Part shown: in pieces, positions 36,392 to 45,891 of the stretch | Layout of the letters: the number at the start of each line of letters is the position of its first letter | How positions within the stretch are numbered: the stretch's first letter is position 1 | NCBI GenBank assembly: GCA_035063585.1 | Contig: JAPSGB010000027.1 | Location: forward strand, 1 to 64,000 | Reading direction: 5' to 3' | From: Polyangiaceae bacterium | Lineage (GTDB): Bacteria > Myxococcota_A > Polyangia > Polyangiales > Polyangiaceae | Length of the DNA: 64,000 nucleotides | The notes under the pieces: model-generated | The model's input: the letters and a program-made list of their open reading frames with translations, nothing else | Database searches by the model: none | What the model was told of the DNA's origin: nothing | Made by a program: the position numbers and the translations under genes

Positions 36392-37678
36392 TCAGAACCG
36401 GTGGACGAGCCGCGCGAGCGCGTCGCTGGCGCGTCGCGACGCCGACCCTACCGCGACGACCGAGAGGCGCTCGCGGGTGAGCCAGCGCTCCGCAGCCGCT
36501 CGCACGTCCTGCCGGGAGACCGCGCAGAGCGTCTCGTAGCGCTCCTTCGGCGTGCGGCCGCTCCCGGTGAGCCGCCCGAAGCCGACGTAGTCGGTCACCG
36601 CGCTCGGGCTGTCCATGAGCTCGCGGAGCTGCCAGCCGAGTCGCTCCTTCACACGCGAAAGCTCAGTGTCGCTCGGGCCTTCGTCGCGGAGCGTTCGCAG
36701 CACTTCGAGCACCTTCTCGAGCACCGCGGCCGCTCGCTCCGGCGCCGCCTCGGCCGCGATGTCGAGCAGCCCCGCGTCGGAGTATGCCTCGAAGGCGGCC
36801 GACACGTCGTAGCAGAGGCCGCGCGCATCGCAGAGCTCGTGATAGAGCCGGGTCGCCATTCCGTCGTCGAGACAGCGCAGCAGGAGCTCGACGGCAGGCT
36901 CGTCAGCGTGGTGATCGCCTGGCGCGCGAAACGCCACCCGTAGGTCCGTCTGGCTCGATGCGTGTCGCACATGGGAAAATCGCGCTTCGGCCTGGGGCGG
37001 CGGGGCGTCGAAGTCGGGCGGCGCGCCTCCCGGAAGGTCGCCGAACAACGCCTCCAGCGCCGGGAGGACCCGCTCGGGATCGATCGGTCCGGCGATCGTC
37101 ACCGCGGTCGCGTCACCGACGAAGCGAGCAGCATGGTGTCGCTCGAGCAGGCCCCGATCGAAGCGTTCCAGGTGGAGGAGCGTGCCCGTGATGGGATATC
37201 CGAGCGGGTGGTCACCGAAAGAGAGTCTCCGCACCAGGTTGTCCGCGTCGATCTCGAGGCCGTCGTCGTCGAGCCCCTCCAGGATCTCCTCGCGGACGAT
37301 TCCCTTCTCGGTGTCCAGGCCCCCGAGGATGGGCGCGCGAAACACCTCGGCAAAGATCGGCAAGACTCGCGCGATGTTCTCGGGGGGCACGCTGACGCCG
37401 AGGGTCATGTGATCGACGTAGGTCGCCGCGTCGAGTGAGCCCCCGAGCTCCTCGAACGCCAGCGCCAGCTCATGGGCCGACGGATGGCGAGCCGTGCCGC
37501 GATACAGCATGTGCTCGAGGAAGTGGCTGACGCCGTTGTCCGTCGCGGTCTCGAAGCGCGAGCCGACCCGCACGTGCGCCTCGATCATCGCCGAGTGAAG
37601 TCCGGGCAGCGAGATAGCCGAGGCTCGGACGCCGGACGCGAGCGTCGACGTGAGCGGAACGAAGGAGGGGAGCTCCAT
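36392..37678 (-). CDS. M16 family (pitrilysin-like) zinc peptidase
   Basis: GSRFE...NGVSHFLEHM (HxxEH), EKGIVREE, RGLCY. Confidence 0.92.
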   Translation of the reverse strand: MELPSFVPLTSTLASGVRASAISLPGLHSAMIEAHVRVGSRFETATDNGVSHFLEHMLYRGTARHPSAHELALAFEELGGSLDAATYVDHMTLGVSVPPENIARVLPIFAEVFRAPILGGLDTEKGIVREEILEGLDDDGLEIDADNLVRRLSFGDHPLGYPITGTLLHLERFDRGLLERHHAARFVGDATAVTIAGPIDPERVLPALEALFGDLPGGAPPDFDAPPPQAEARFSHVRHASSQTDLRVAFRAPGDHHADEPAVELLLRCLDDGMATRLYHELCDARGLCYDVSAAFEAYSDAGLLDIAAEAAPERAAAVLEKVLEVLRTLRDEGPSDTELSRVKERLGWQLRELMDSPSAVTDYVGFGRLTGSGRTPKERYETLCAVSRQDVRAAAERWLTRERLSVVAVGSASRRASDALARLVHRF

Positions 37679-37726
37679 CGGGTTCAAGCATGGCCCGTCG
37701 ACTCACGTGGGTCGACCGGAGCGTCC

Positions 37727-39463
37727 TCAGTCGTCCTTGCGGTCCTTGCTCTCCTCGAGATAGCGAGCATCGACCTTGATCTTGTCCTTCGCAGCGGCTC
37801 GGATCCGCTCCATGAAGCGTCCGAGCGCGTCGTCCTGCTTCGCCGCCCGCATCAGCCGGGTGAAACGCGCGCGGTCCTTCTCGAACTCCTCGCGCTTTGC
37901 CGGATCGAGCTCCTTCAGCTGCATCACGGCCAGCCCCGAGCGCGTCTTCAGCGGCTTGTCGTAGACCGCTTCGGGCTTCGCGAGGTCGAACGCATGCACG
38001 GCCGGGAGCTCCGAGGCGAGCGCGTCGGGGATCGGGCTCCCGTCGAGGGTGAACGGCGCCGAGATCTCCACCTTTGGGCGGGAGTCGTCCGAGAGCGCCG
38101 CCGGCACCTCTTCCGGCTTCTCGCCCAGCGTCCGCGCCTTACCCGCCTTGCGGGCGAGGGGCAGGTACGCCGCGGCGAGCGCCTGCGTGGCGTCGTCGAG
38201 CTTCTCGCCGGACCTTACTCGCGCGATGAGGTCCGCCGCGAACTTGTTCATCCGCTCATCCGCGACGAAGCGCGCGTACAGACGCCGCGCGACGGTGCGC
38301 CTCCCAGAACTCGCGAGCTCCGTCTCCGCGGGGCGCTTCTCCACCCGGATCAGGTGAAAGCCGCGCTCCGTCTCGAGGACCGGCGAGACCTCGCCTGGCT
38401 TCAGCTTCGCCGCGGCATCGAGGAGTTCCTTCCCGCCCGTGCCGTAGCCTTCGCCGATGCATCCGAGCTCTCCGCCCACCATCGCGGTCGGTCCACGGTC
38501 GAGGTTGCGCGCCTCCGCCTCGAATGAGCCGCCCTTCTTCAGCGCCGCGACGGCCGCGTCGATCTTCTCGCGGGCCGTCTTCTTGTCGGCGTCCGAGGCG
38601 CCCTCATCGAACGGCACCAGGATCTCGCGGAGCATCGCGCAGCCAGCGGTGTAGTTCTTCTCTTCTGCCTTCCAGGCGGAGTCGACCTGCTCCTTGTTCT
38701 CGGCCGCCCACTTGTCGACCGCGTCGTCCGTAGCGTCCACCGTGTACTTCGCGAACCAGTCTCGGTCGAGCTTCACGACGCGCACGACTGCCTTCGAGCG
38801 CTCGCGGGCGAACTGGTCGAACGCCTCGGCGTCGGAGATGCGCGCGCGCGAACGCACGAGATCCCGCATGCGCTCCGCGATGAGCTCGCGGCGCTGCATC
38901 TCCTTGAACTCTTTCGGGCTCCGATTGGTCGTGTTGCGGACCACCCGCTCGTAAATCTTGTAGTCTAGCTCTTTGGTCGCGGCGCTCTTTACCGGGAGGA
39001 GCCGGAGCAACCCCGTCCCGGGCTCGCAGCGCTGGAGCACGGGGTTTCGCAGACAGAGGCCGAGGCTGTACGCGAGGAAGGACGCTTCGGTCGGCAGCGA
39101 CAGGTGCGCGCGTCCGTTGGCAAGCTCGTCATCGATCTCGCCCTCGCCGATCGAGACGCCGAGTCGGCTCGCCTCGTGAATCAGGAGCTCGCGCTCGATC
39201 AAGCCGTTGGCGATGTTCTTTCGGAGCTCGAGCCTGGTGATCTGCTTCGAGCTCATGCCGGGCGGCACGATGAGCCCGTAGGCGGCGTAGAAGTCCTTCG
39301 CGTCGATGCAGGAGTCGTAGACCGAGATGGCGCAGTCCTGCGACAGCGACGCCGACGGACCGCGACCGGCGCGGAACTCGAGCACGAAGACCACGATGAT
39401 GGCGAAGACGACCGCCCCCATCACCAGCTGGGCTACGCCGCCCTTGCGAAAAAGGCTCAACAT
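37727..39463 (-). CDS. PpiD/SurA-type membrane-anchored peptidyl-prolyl isomerase
   Basis: N-terminal TM helix, SurA_N-like region, parvulin F...A...GGELG...LKPGEVSPVLETERGFHLI. Confidence 0.85.
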   Translation of the reverse strand: MLSLFRKGGVAQLVMGAVVFAIIVVFVLEFRAGRGPSASLSQDCAISVYDSCIDAKDFYAAYGLIVPPGMSSKQITRLELRKNIANGLIERELLIHEASRLGVSIGEGEIDDELANGRAHLSLPTEASFLAYSLGLCLRNPVLQRCEPGTGLLRLLPVKSAATKELDYKIYERVVRNTTNRSPKEFKEMQRRELIAERMRDLVRSRARISDAEAFDQFARERSKAVVRVVKLDRDWFAKYTVDATDDAVDKWAAENKEQVDSAWKAEEKNYTAGCAMLREILVPFDEGASDADKKTAREKIDAAVAALKKGGSFEAEARNLDRGPTAMVGGELGCIGEGYGTGGKELLDAAAKLKPGEVSPVLETERGFHLIRVEKRPAETELASSGRRTVARRLYARFVADERMNKFAADLIARVRSGEKLDDATQALAAAYLPLARKAGKARTLGEKPEEVPAALSDDSRPKVEISAPFTLDGSPIPDALASELPAVHAFDLAKPEAVYDKPLKTRSGLAVMQLKELDPAKREEFEKDRARFTRLMRAAKQDDALGRFMERIRAAAKDKIKVDARYLEESKDRKDD

Positions 39464-39562
39464 CAGCCGCTATCCCGAGGTTCTTGTCGTCACGGAGGTC
39501 ATTCGCGGTTCCCGGCCGCGGTACGCCGGGACGCCGCGTTTACCATGCGCGCCCGGGATGGT

Positions 39563-40009
39563 CTATCCGGGTGTTCCGGGCGACGCCGCCTTCTCTAACC
39601 CCATCGCGAAACGCACCTCGATCGTGAGCTCGCCCAGGTCGCTCACGCGTCGCTCGTATGCGATCTCGTACCAGGTATCGAGCGTATGAGAGCGGTCGCC
39701 GGGATCGAGGATCGGTACCGTCTGCCTCTGGCTCTCCTGGTAGCCCCGCTCGCGCGCCGCGGTCGCCAGTCGGGTGGTTCGCTCGTACAGTGAATCCGGA
39801 GATTCTCCTGGAAAATCGCGTGATTGCGCGTGGAGTACCACCCGAACCGAGAGCCCGGACTCGTCGAGAGCGGCGGAGACGCCGCTATCCATGATGAGGT
39901 TGTCACGGACTCGATCGGCCAGGATCACCCGCGTGCCGACCGAGCGATACACCTCGAACCCGCCGTCGAGGAGGGCCGTCTTGAGCTCACTGGGTGAGGG
40001 CAGGGGCAT
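39563..40009 (-). CDS. hypothetical protein
   Basis: Start MPLPSPSELK; globular, GC3-biased; DRVRDNLIMDSGV motif. Confidence 0.7.
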   Translation of the reverse strand: MPLPSPSELKTALLDGGFEVYRSVGTRVILADRVRDNLIMDSGVSAALDESGLSVRVVLHAQSRDFPGESPDSLYERTTRLATAARERGYQESQRQTVPILDPGDRSHTLDTWYEIAYERRVSDLGELTIEVRFAMGLEKAASPGTPG

Positions 40010-40223
40010 GCTTTCGATTCTTGCCGGGGTCAGCCGGAAACCGGCTGGTGCCGCGACTGTGGAGGAGCCATTCTGTCCGACGCGCTCTGCCCCCTCGGAC
40101 CCAGGTTTCTGGCGACAAACTTCGCAGAAACGTCGCCGACCGTCAAGCCGGGGCGAGGCTCCGGCGGAAAATGACCGGGTCCTGGTATGCGAAGAGGGCG
40201 CTTCCGGGTTATCGTTCGCGAGC

Positions 40224-40568
40224 GTGAACCGTCGCAGCTTCACCCCGTCTCCCCCGCTCGCCGCGGAGGACATTCACGGTACCCGCCGTGGAGGCGGTGG
40301 CGCTCGGCGCGAGGCGTCGCATCGCGTTCAGCTTCGCCGGGAGGGGATCACCATCGATGGATGGGCGCTAAACCTCAGCCGAGGAGGTATCCGCTTGGTC
40401 CTCGAGGATACCGTGGAGCCGGGCAGCGAGTGGCAGCTCCGGATCGACGACGAGGAGTCCGGTCGTCCGGCGCGAGTGGTCTGGGTCCAGGACGAGGCGG
40501 ACGGGCAGATCGCCGGCGTGCAGTTTCTCGACCAGGAACCTGCTCCGGAGAAGCTCGGCGCCCCCTAG
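40224..40568 (+). CDS. PilZ domain protein (start uncertain)
   Basis: GWALNLSRGG, ARVVWVQ, AGVQF; RxxxR motif imperfect. Confidence 0.75.
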   Translation: MNRRSFTPSPPLAAEDIHGTRRGGGGARREASHRVQLRREGITIDGWALNLSRGGIRLVLEDTVEPGSEWQLRIDDEESGRPARVVWVQDEADGQIAGVQFLDQEPAPEKLGAP

Positions 40569-40576
40569 ACCGCACC

Positions 40577-42619
40577 TTGCCACCCTCCGCGCTCGAGCTC
40601 CTTGCCCCGGGAGGCCCCCTGGCCGGCGGTCTCGCCGGGTACGAGTCGCGCCCTGGTCAGCTCGAGATGGCGGCGGCGGTCGAGCAGGCGCTCGCGGATG
40701 AGCGCGTGCTCCTCTGCGAGGCCGGGACCGGTACCGGCAAGACCCTCGCCTACCTCTTACCGGCGATCTTGAGCGGCAAGAAGGTCGTCATTTCGACCGC
40801 GACGCGGAATCTCCAGGAGCAAATCGTCACCTACGATCTGCCTCTCATCGAGCGGGCGCTCGGGCTCGCGCCCCGCGTCGCGGTGATGAAGGGGCTCGCG
40901 AACTACGTGTGCCGGCGGCGCTACGCGGAGTTCACCTCGAGCGCGGAGGCGCAGCGTCCCGTGCATGCACGCGCGCTTCGCACCATCGACGGCTGGCTCC
41001 GTGAGACGGAGACCGGCGACGTCGCGGAGCTGGTCGGCATCCCGGAGGGAGACCCCATCTGGCGCGAGCTCACCTCCTCGAGCGACACGCGTGTGGGCGC
41101 AGCGTGCGCCTTCTACGAGGAGTGCTTCGTCACCAGGATGCGCCGCGACGCCGAGGCTGCTCGGCTCGTGGTGGTCAATCATCACCTCTTCTTCGCGGAC
41201 CTCGCTCTGCGCGGCTCTCACCCGGGACGCGTGCTCCCCGACTATGACGCCGTCATCTTCGATGAGGCGCACCAGCTCGAGGACATCGCCACCGATTTCT
41301 TCGGGGTTCGCATCTCCCGCTCACGCATCGAGCGCGTCCTCCGCGACTTCGAGCGAGCTCTCGCCGCCGCTGGCGCTCGTGATCCGCTGCTTGCCGGACC
41401 GTCGAGCGCTCGCGGGCTCGACTCGACCCGCGCCGCGGCCGAGGCGCTGTGGGCCGAGCTCGCTCGGCATGCGGGCGTCGGGGAAGGGCGCACGACACTC
41501 GAGCATGACGTATGGACGGGGGAGCTCTTGGCGATCGGTCACCGGCTCGACACCGCGCTCGAGGGGCTGGCTGCGCTCGCTGCGACCGCGCGCGGGCGCC
41601 TCGCCGCTGCTCGGGATCGCGCGCGCGTCGAGCACGAGACCATTGGCGATGCGCTCACCGTCGCCGAGCGGCGCGCCGAGCAGCTTCGCGAGGCGCTCGA
41701 CACGATCATGCGCGGCACGACCGGCCGCGTCACCTGGTTCGAGCGCGCGGCGCGGAGCGCCGTGCTCGCCTCGACGCCGGTCGACGTCTCGGAGATCTTT
41801 CGCACGCGCGTGTTCGCGCAGATCCCCGCGGTGATCCTGACCAGCGCGACCCTGACGAGCGTCGCTTCGTCCGGCAGTGGCGAGCCGCCAGTGAGCCCCT
41901 TCGCGTACATTCGCGCGCGGCTCGGGCTCGCGGAGGACGGCTGCGAGGTCGTCGAGCGAGTGGTCGCGTCGCCCTTCGATTTTGACAAGAACGCGCTCCT
42001 CTACACGCCGCGTGATTTGCCGGCGCCGACCGACGCGACCTTCGTCGACGCGGCCATCGAGCGCGTCGCGGCGCTGGTCGGGATCACCGGTGGCGGCGCG
42101 TTCGTCTTGACCACCTCCCTCCGCTCCATGCGCGCACTCCATCGCGGCCTCTCCGCGCTCATGCCGGCGCGCCGCGTCCTCGTCCAGGGTGACGCCCCCA
42201 AGAGCGCGTTGGTCGGCGCCTTCCGCGCCGCAGAAGACGCCGTGCTGGTCGCCACCATGAGCTTCTGGGAAGGGGTCGACGTCCCGGGCCGCGCGCTTCG
42301 CTTGGTGGTGCTCGAGAAGATCCCGTTCGCGGTCCCCACCGATCCCATCGTGCGCGCAAGAGCCTTGGCGCTCGAGGCAGAAGGCCGAAACGCCTTCATG
42401 GAGCTCCATGTCCCGGCGGCGGCGATCACGCTGAAGCAGGGTTTTGGCCGCCTCATTCGAACCCGCGCCGATCGCGGGGTAGTCGCGCTGCTCGATGAGC
42501 GGGTGCATCGCCGCGGCTACGGCAAGAAGCTCCTCGCCGCGCTGCCACCCGCGCGCGTAGCGACCGAGCTCGACGAGGTCCGCGCCTTTTGGCGCGATGC
42601 TACCGACAGCCGAGGCTGA
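40577..42619 (+). CDS. DinG/YoaA family ATP-dependent DNA helicase
   Basis: RPGQ Q-motif, AGTGTGKT, Fe-S Cys (NYVC, CAFYEECF), VVNHHL, DEAH, FWEGVD, QGFGRLIR; TTG start inferred. Confidence 0.93.
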   Translation: MPPSALELLAPGGPLAGGLAGYESRPGQLEMAAAVEQALADERVLLCEAGTGTGKTLAYLLPAILSGKKVVISTATRNLQEQIVTYDLPLIERALGLAPRVAVMKGLANYVCRRRYAEFTSSAEAQRPVHARALRTIDGWLRETETGDVAELVGIPEGDPIWRELTSSSDTRVGAACAFYEECFVTRMRRDAEAARLVVVNHHLFFADLALRGSHPGRVLPDYDAVIFDEAHQLEDIATDFFGVRISRSRIERVLRDFERALAAAGARDPLLAGPSSARGLDSTRAAAEALWAELARHAGVGEGRTTLEHDVWTGELLAIGHRLDTALEGLAALAATARGRLAAARDRARVEHETIGDALTVAERRAEQLREALDTIMRGTTGRVTWFERAARSAVLASTPVDVSEIFRTRVFAQIPAVILTSATLTSVASSGSGEPPVSPFAYIRARLGLAEDGCEVVERVVASPFDFDKNALLYTPRDLPAPTDATFVDAAIERVAALVGITGGGAFVLTTSLRSMRALHRGLSALMPARRVLVQGDAPKSALVGAFRAAEDAVLVATMSFWEGVDVPGRALRLVVLEKIPFAVPTDPIVRARALALEAEGRNAFMELHVPAAAITLKQGFGRLIRTRADRGVVALLDERVHRRGYGKKLLAALPPARVATELDEVRAFWRDATDSRG

Positions 42620-43604
42620 TCGAGTAGCTTGGCTGGAAGGAGGGAGCCTCGAAATCGATGTAGTACGTGACGCCCGCCTCCGCGTCGAACTCGAGCGTGT
42701 GCTCGTCACTTCCCATGCGCGAGTCGGCGACGCAGAGCGCGGTGTGGCATGACCCGCGCATGAGAAACATCGCGGTATCGGGGCGATCGGGCGAGACCGT
42801 GTTGGTTACGGTGACATGCTGAGCGGCGGTCGAGCGGAACTCGAAGACGACGTCCTGATACTTGAACGTCGCTCCGCAGATGGTGGCGACGTCGCTGTAC
42901 TTCCCTTCGAACGACCCCGACGCGGTCTGCCCACAGGTCAGGATCGGGTGCGTGTTCTTGGCCGTGCAGTTCGTCTCCCACTGGCAGGTCGCGGAGCAGC
43001 CATCTCCGGGCGCGGTGCCGTGATCGTCGCAGTCCTCGCCCGGATCGACGCTCCCGTCGCCGCACCCGCTGCCCGTTCCGCCGGTTCCGCCGGTTGCGCT
43101 CGCGCCCCCCGTTCCGCCGGCTCCGCCGGTTCCGCCGGTTCCGCCCCCCGTTCCCCCCGTTCCGCCGGTTCCACCGGCTCCGCCGGTTCCGCCGGTTCCG
43201 CCGGCTCCGCCCCCCGTTCCGCCAGTTCCGCCGGTTCCGCCGGTTGCGCTCGCGCCCCCCGTTCCGCCGGTTCCGCCGGTTGCGCTCGCGCCGCCGACTC
43301 CCGCCGTTCCGCCGCCGGCCCCGCCGGTTCCTCCCGTCCCGCTCACGCCGCCGGTTCCGCTCGCGCCGGTTCCTGCATGGCCGGCCGCGCCCGCCGCGCC
43401 GCCGCGTCCTCCCGCGCCGGTGCCGCCGGTGCCGCCCGCTGCGAGCGCGCCCCCCGCGGCCGGCGCGCCGCCCGTGGTCGCGGCAGCGCCGGCGCCGCCG
43501 CCCGCTTCCGCGCCGCCATGACCCCCAGCCAACTCCACGGGCGTCGCGCAGGCCGCCGCGAGGAGCGAGGAGAGGACGAGGAGCTGGGGCAGGTTCACCA
43601 TCAC
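42600..43604 (-). CDS. Gly/Thr-rich lipoprotein with myxococcal Cys-rich repeat and PPC-like C-terminal domain
   Basis: Lipobox AAAC, (GGT/GGA)n stalk, CGDGSVDPGEDCDD...GDGCSATC, AGVTYYI. Confidence 0.82.
   Translation of the reverse strand: MMVNLPQLLVLSSLLAAACATPVELAGGHGGAEAGGGAGAAATTGGAPAAGGALAAGGTGGTGAGGRGGAAGAAGHAGTGASGTGGVSGTGGTGGAGGGTAGVGGASATGGTGGTGGASATGGTGGTGGTGGGAGGTGGTGGAGGTGGTGGTGGGTGGTGGAGGTGGASATGGTGGTGSGCGDGSVDPGEDCDDHGTAPGDGCSATCQWETNCTAKNTHPILTCGQTASGSFEGKYSDVATICGATFKYQDVVFEFRSTAAQHVTVTNTVSPDRPDTAMFLMRGSCHTALCVADSRMGSDEHTLEFDAEAGVTYYIDFEAPSFQPSYSISLGCR
43075..43360 (-). repeat. imperfect 9-bp coding tandem repeats (CCGGTTCCG)n encoding the GGT/GGA linker
   Basis: Repeated CCGCCGGTT units interspersed with GCGCTCGCGCC (GASA). 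Confidence 0.85.
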
Positions 43605-43680
43605 ACCCTACTTTGCCCGGCCTCTCACGCGCGCTCAAGCGCTAGGTCGCCTCCGCCTCACGCGCTAGCCTTCGCGCGCC

Positions 43681-44838
43681 ATGAAGCCGCTCTCCCAGGC
43701 GCTCGCCGAGCTCGGGCTCGCCGGGCGTCTCGAGATCCTGCCCGTGCAGAGCGGGTACCCGAGCCCGAAGCAGGTGAACCTCGTGCTCCTTCGGCGCGAC
43801 GGCGCGACCCTGCTCTTCGAGTCGAGCGCGGCAACCGACGAGATCGTGCGCGACGTGCATGCCGGGCTCGACGCTCACGCGGTCGGGCGACTCGACGCGT
43901 TGCTCGTGACGCACTGTCACGGTGACCACGCCGGGAGCGCCGGGATCATCGCCGGTCGCGGTCGAACCGGTGGCGACCGCGCGCCGATCTACCTGCACTC
44001 TTCGGGCTATCGTTTCCTTACCCATCCGAGCGCCGCTTTCCTTCAGGAGACGTACGACATCTTCCTGACTCGCGCACAGTGGGGGCTCCTCGCGTACGAC
44101 GCGCTCAGCGAGGAAGACATGATCGAGCACGCGCTCCGCAAGCGCTTCGCTTGCTACTTCGCGCGGACCCCGCGCAGCGCCCTCCGGTTCGTCGATAAGG
44201 GGCAGCTCCCCGACTCGATCATCGCCATCCCGACCCCGGGCCACTCGGGAGACTGCGTGCTCTACTACGACGAGGAGCTCCGCGTCGCGGTGCCCGGCGA
44301 TACCATCATCTGCACCGGGGCGGTCGACAAACCCGAGACGCACTCGTACGTCATCCCGATCTTCACCGTCACGGGTCAGATGTACTCGATGGCGTGGGAG
44401 AACTACCTCGAGACGATCCGCGTGCTCCGCCGTTTCTTTTCGACGCACGAGGTCCGCGCGGTGCTCCCACCGCACGGAAAATTCGCGGTCACCGAGCCGC
44501 TCGAGTGGGTGGCGTTCGCGGAGCGCTACTTCGAGGGCATCTACCGGGCGCTCCTCGAGGGCTTCCTGGGCGACCCCGCGCGGCGCTCGACACCATTTCA
44601 CGCCTGTGACCTCACGCCGCACATCCCGAACGCCGGAGCGCACCCGATCTCGACGCCGAGCCACGTGTTCGGGATGCTCTGCGCGCTCGCCGACGAGGGC
44701 TTCCTCGACCTCTCGGAGGACGCCCACACTCGCCAGATCACCTTTCGTGTGCTCGCGACGCCGCCCAAGGACTACGTCACCCGTCGGCTCTTCGAAGAGC
44801 CGGGCCAGGTGACCGTCTATCGCAAGCTCGCGCGTTGA
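43681..44838 (+). CDS. MBL-fold metallo-hydrolase, possible C-terminal winged helix
   Basis: THCHGDH, TPGHS, GD, PPHG metal ligands. Confidence 0.88.
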   Translation: MKPLSQALAELGLAGRLEILPVQSGYPSPKQVNLVLLRRDGATLLFESSAATDEIVRDVHAGLDAHAVGRLDALLVTHCHGDHAGSAGIIAGRGRTGGDRAPIYLHSSGYRFLTHPSAAFLQETYDIFLTRAQWGLLAYDALSEEDMIEHALRKRFACYFARTPRSALRFVDKGQLPDSIIAIPTPGHSGDCVLYYDEELRVAVPGDTIICTGAVDKPETHSYVIPIFTVTGQMYSMAWENYLETIRVLRRFFSTHEVRAVLPPHGKFAVTEPLEWVAFAERYFEGIYRALLEGFLGDPARRSTPFHACDLTPHIPNAGAHPISTPSHVFGMLCALADEGFLDLSEDAHTRQITFRVLATPPKDYVTRRLFEEPGQVTVYRKLAR

Positions 44839-44850
44839 CGGCTCGAGCGA

Positions 44851-45891
44851 CTAGCGCCGCTGCTTCGCGGAGGTCTGCTTCGCGGAGGCCTGCTTCGCGG
44901 AGGTCTGCTTCGCGGTGGTCTGCTTCGCGGAGGCCTGCTTCGCGGAGGCCTGCTTCGCGGAGGCCTGCTTCGCGGAGGCCTGCTTCGCGGAGGCCTGCTT
45001 CGCGGAGGTCTGCTTCGCGGAGGCCTGCTTCGCGGAGGCTTTCTTCGCGGAGGCTTTCTTCGCGGAGGCTTTCTTCGCGGAGGCTTTCTTCGCGGAGGCT
45101 TTCTTCGCGGAGGCTTTCTTCGCGGAGGCTTTCTTCGCGGAGGCTTTCTTCGCGGTGGCTTTCTTCGCGGTGGCTTTCTTCGCGGAGGTCTGCTTCGCGG
45201 GCGTCTTTCCTGACTTCCCCGTCGCCGGTTGCTGCGCTGGCGCCGTCCCTGCGCGGCTCACGGCCGAAGGACGTTCGTCGAAGAGCGTAAGTTGTTTCCC
45301 CTTCGCCCTCCTCTTGCGACTCGCGGGGGTGAGCGCTGGAGCGTTCCGGGTCGGCGGCGCCTCGCGGAGCTTCGGTGCGGTTCGCCGCGGCCCACCGTCC
45401 GCCTTCTTGCGTGCGGCTGCGCGCCTGATGTCGGAGCTCTTCACCGCGCGCAGCTTGCCTTCGAGCCGCGGCGTCTCGCCACCTGAGCCGATGTGCGCCG
45501 GCGCGCCCCGGCGCTGCGCCAGCGTCTCGCGGATCGTGGCCTCGAGGTCGACGAACTCGAACGGCTTGTCGATGTGCGCGTCCGCCCCGTAGAGCGGCGA
45601 GGTCATCTCGTTCAAGCGCTCGCCGATCCCGGTCAGCATCACCACGCCGGTGTGCGCGAGCGAGACGGCGTCGCGGATCTTCCGGCAGACTTCCCAGCCG
45701 GTCATCCCCGGCATCATCACGTCGAGCACGACCAGATCGGGCAAGCTCTCCTGCGCGAGTTGCCAGGCCTCATCGCCGTCGGCTGCCTCGAGCACCTTGA
45801 AGCCTTGGCCGCGCAGGCGATCGGCGACGAGCGTACGCATCGTCGGTTCGTCATCGGCGACCAGCACCAGCGTTCGTCGGTCATCGGGCAT
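44851..45891 (-). CDS. response regulator (REC) with QLTLF motif and histone H1-like Lys/Ala tail
   Basis: ADD, LDVMMP, LTG, KPF receiver motifs; 22x K(K/Q)(A/T)(S/T)A repeats. Confidence 0.85.
   Translation of the reverse strand: MPDDRRTLVLVADDEPTMRTLVADRLRGQGFKVLEAADGDEAWQLAQESLPDLVVLDVMMPGMTGWEVCRKIRDAVSLAHTGVVMLTGIGERLNEMTSPLYGADAHIDKPFEFVDLEATIRETLAQRRGAPAHIGSGGETPRLEGKLRAVKSSDIRRAAARKKADGGPRRTAPKLREAPPTRNAPALTPASRKRRAKGKQLTLFDERPSAVSRAGTAPAQQPATGKSGKTPAKQTSAKKATAKKATAKKASAKKASAKKASAKKASAKKASAKKASAKKASAKKASAKQASAKQTSAKQASAKQASAKQASAKQASAKQASAKQTTAKQTSAKQASAKQTSAKQRR
44861..45200. repeat. 15-bp coding minisatellite, 22 full units plus a partial unit
   Basis: T(G/T)CTTCGCGG(A/T)GG(C/T)(C/T) units, directly visible. 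Confidence 0.97.

Noticed and set aside
42600..42619. 20-nt convergent overlap between dinG and the lipoprotein gene
   Set aside because: Short tail-to-tail overlaps are common in GC-rich genomes; no further signal.
42706..43645. Arg-rich repeat ORFs (RRNRRN / RRFRRF)
   Set aside because: Alternative frames of the Gly/Thr linker repeat of the 42600-43604 lipoprotein.
44861..45200. Possible CRISPR array
   Set aside because: The units are contiguous 15-mers with no unique spacers, lie in frame within a CDS, and no cas genes are nearby.
44835..45592. Plus-strand ORFs with (AEACF)n or (SRRPA)n repeats
   Set aside because: Antisense shadows of the Lys/Ala repeat; the minus frame is continuous with a clear receiver domain.
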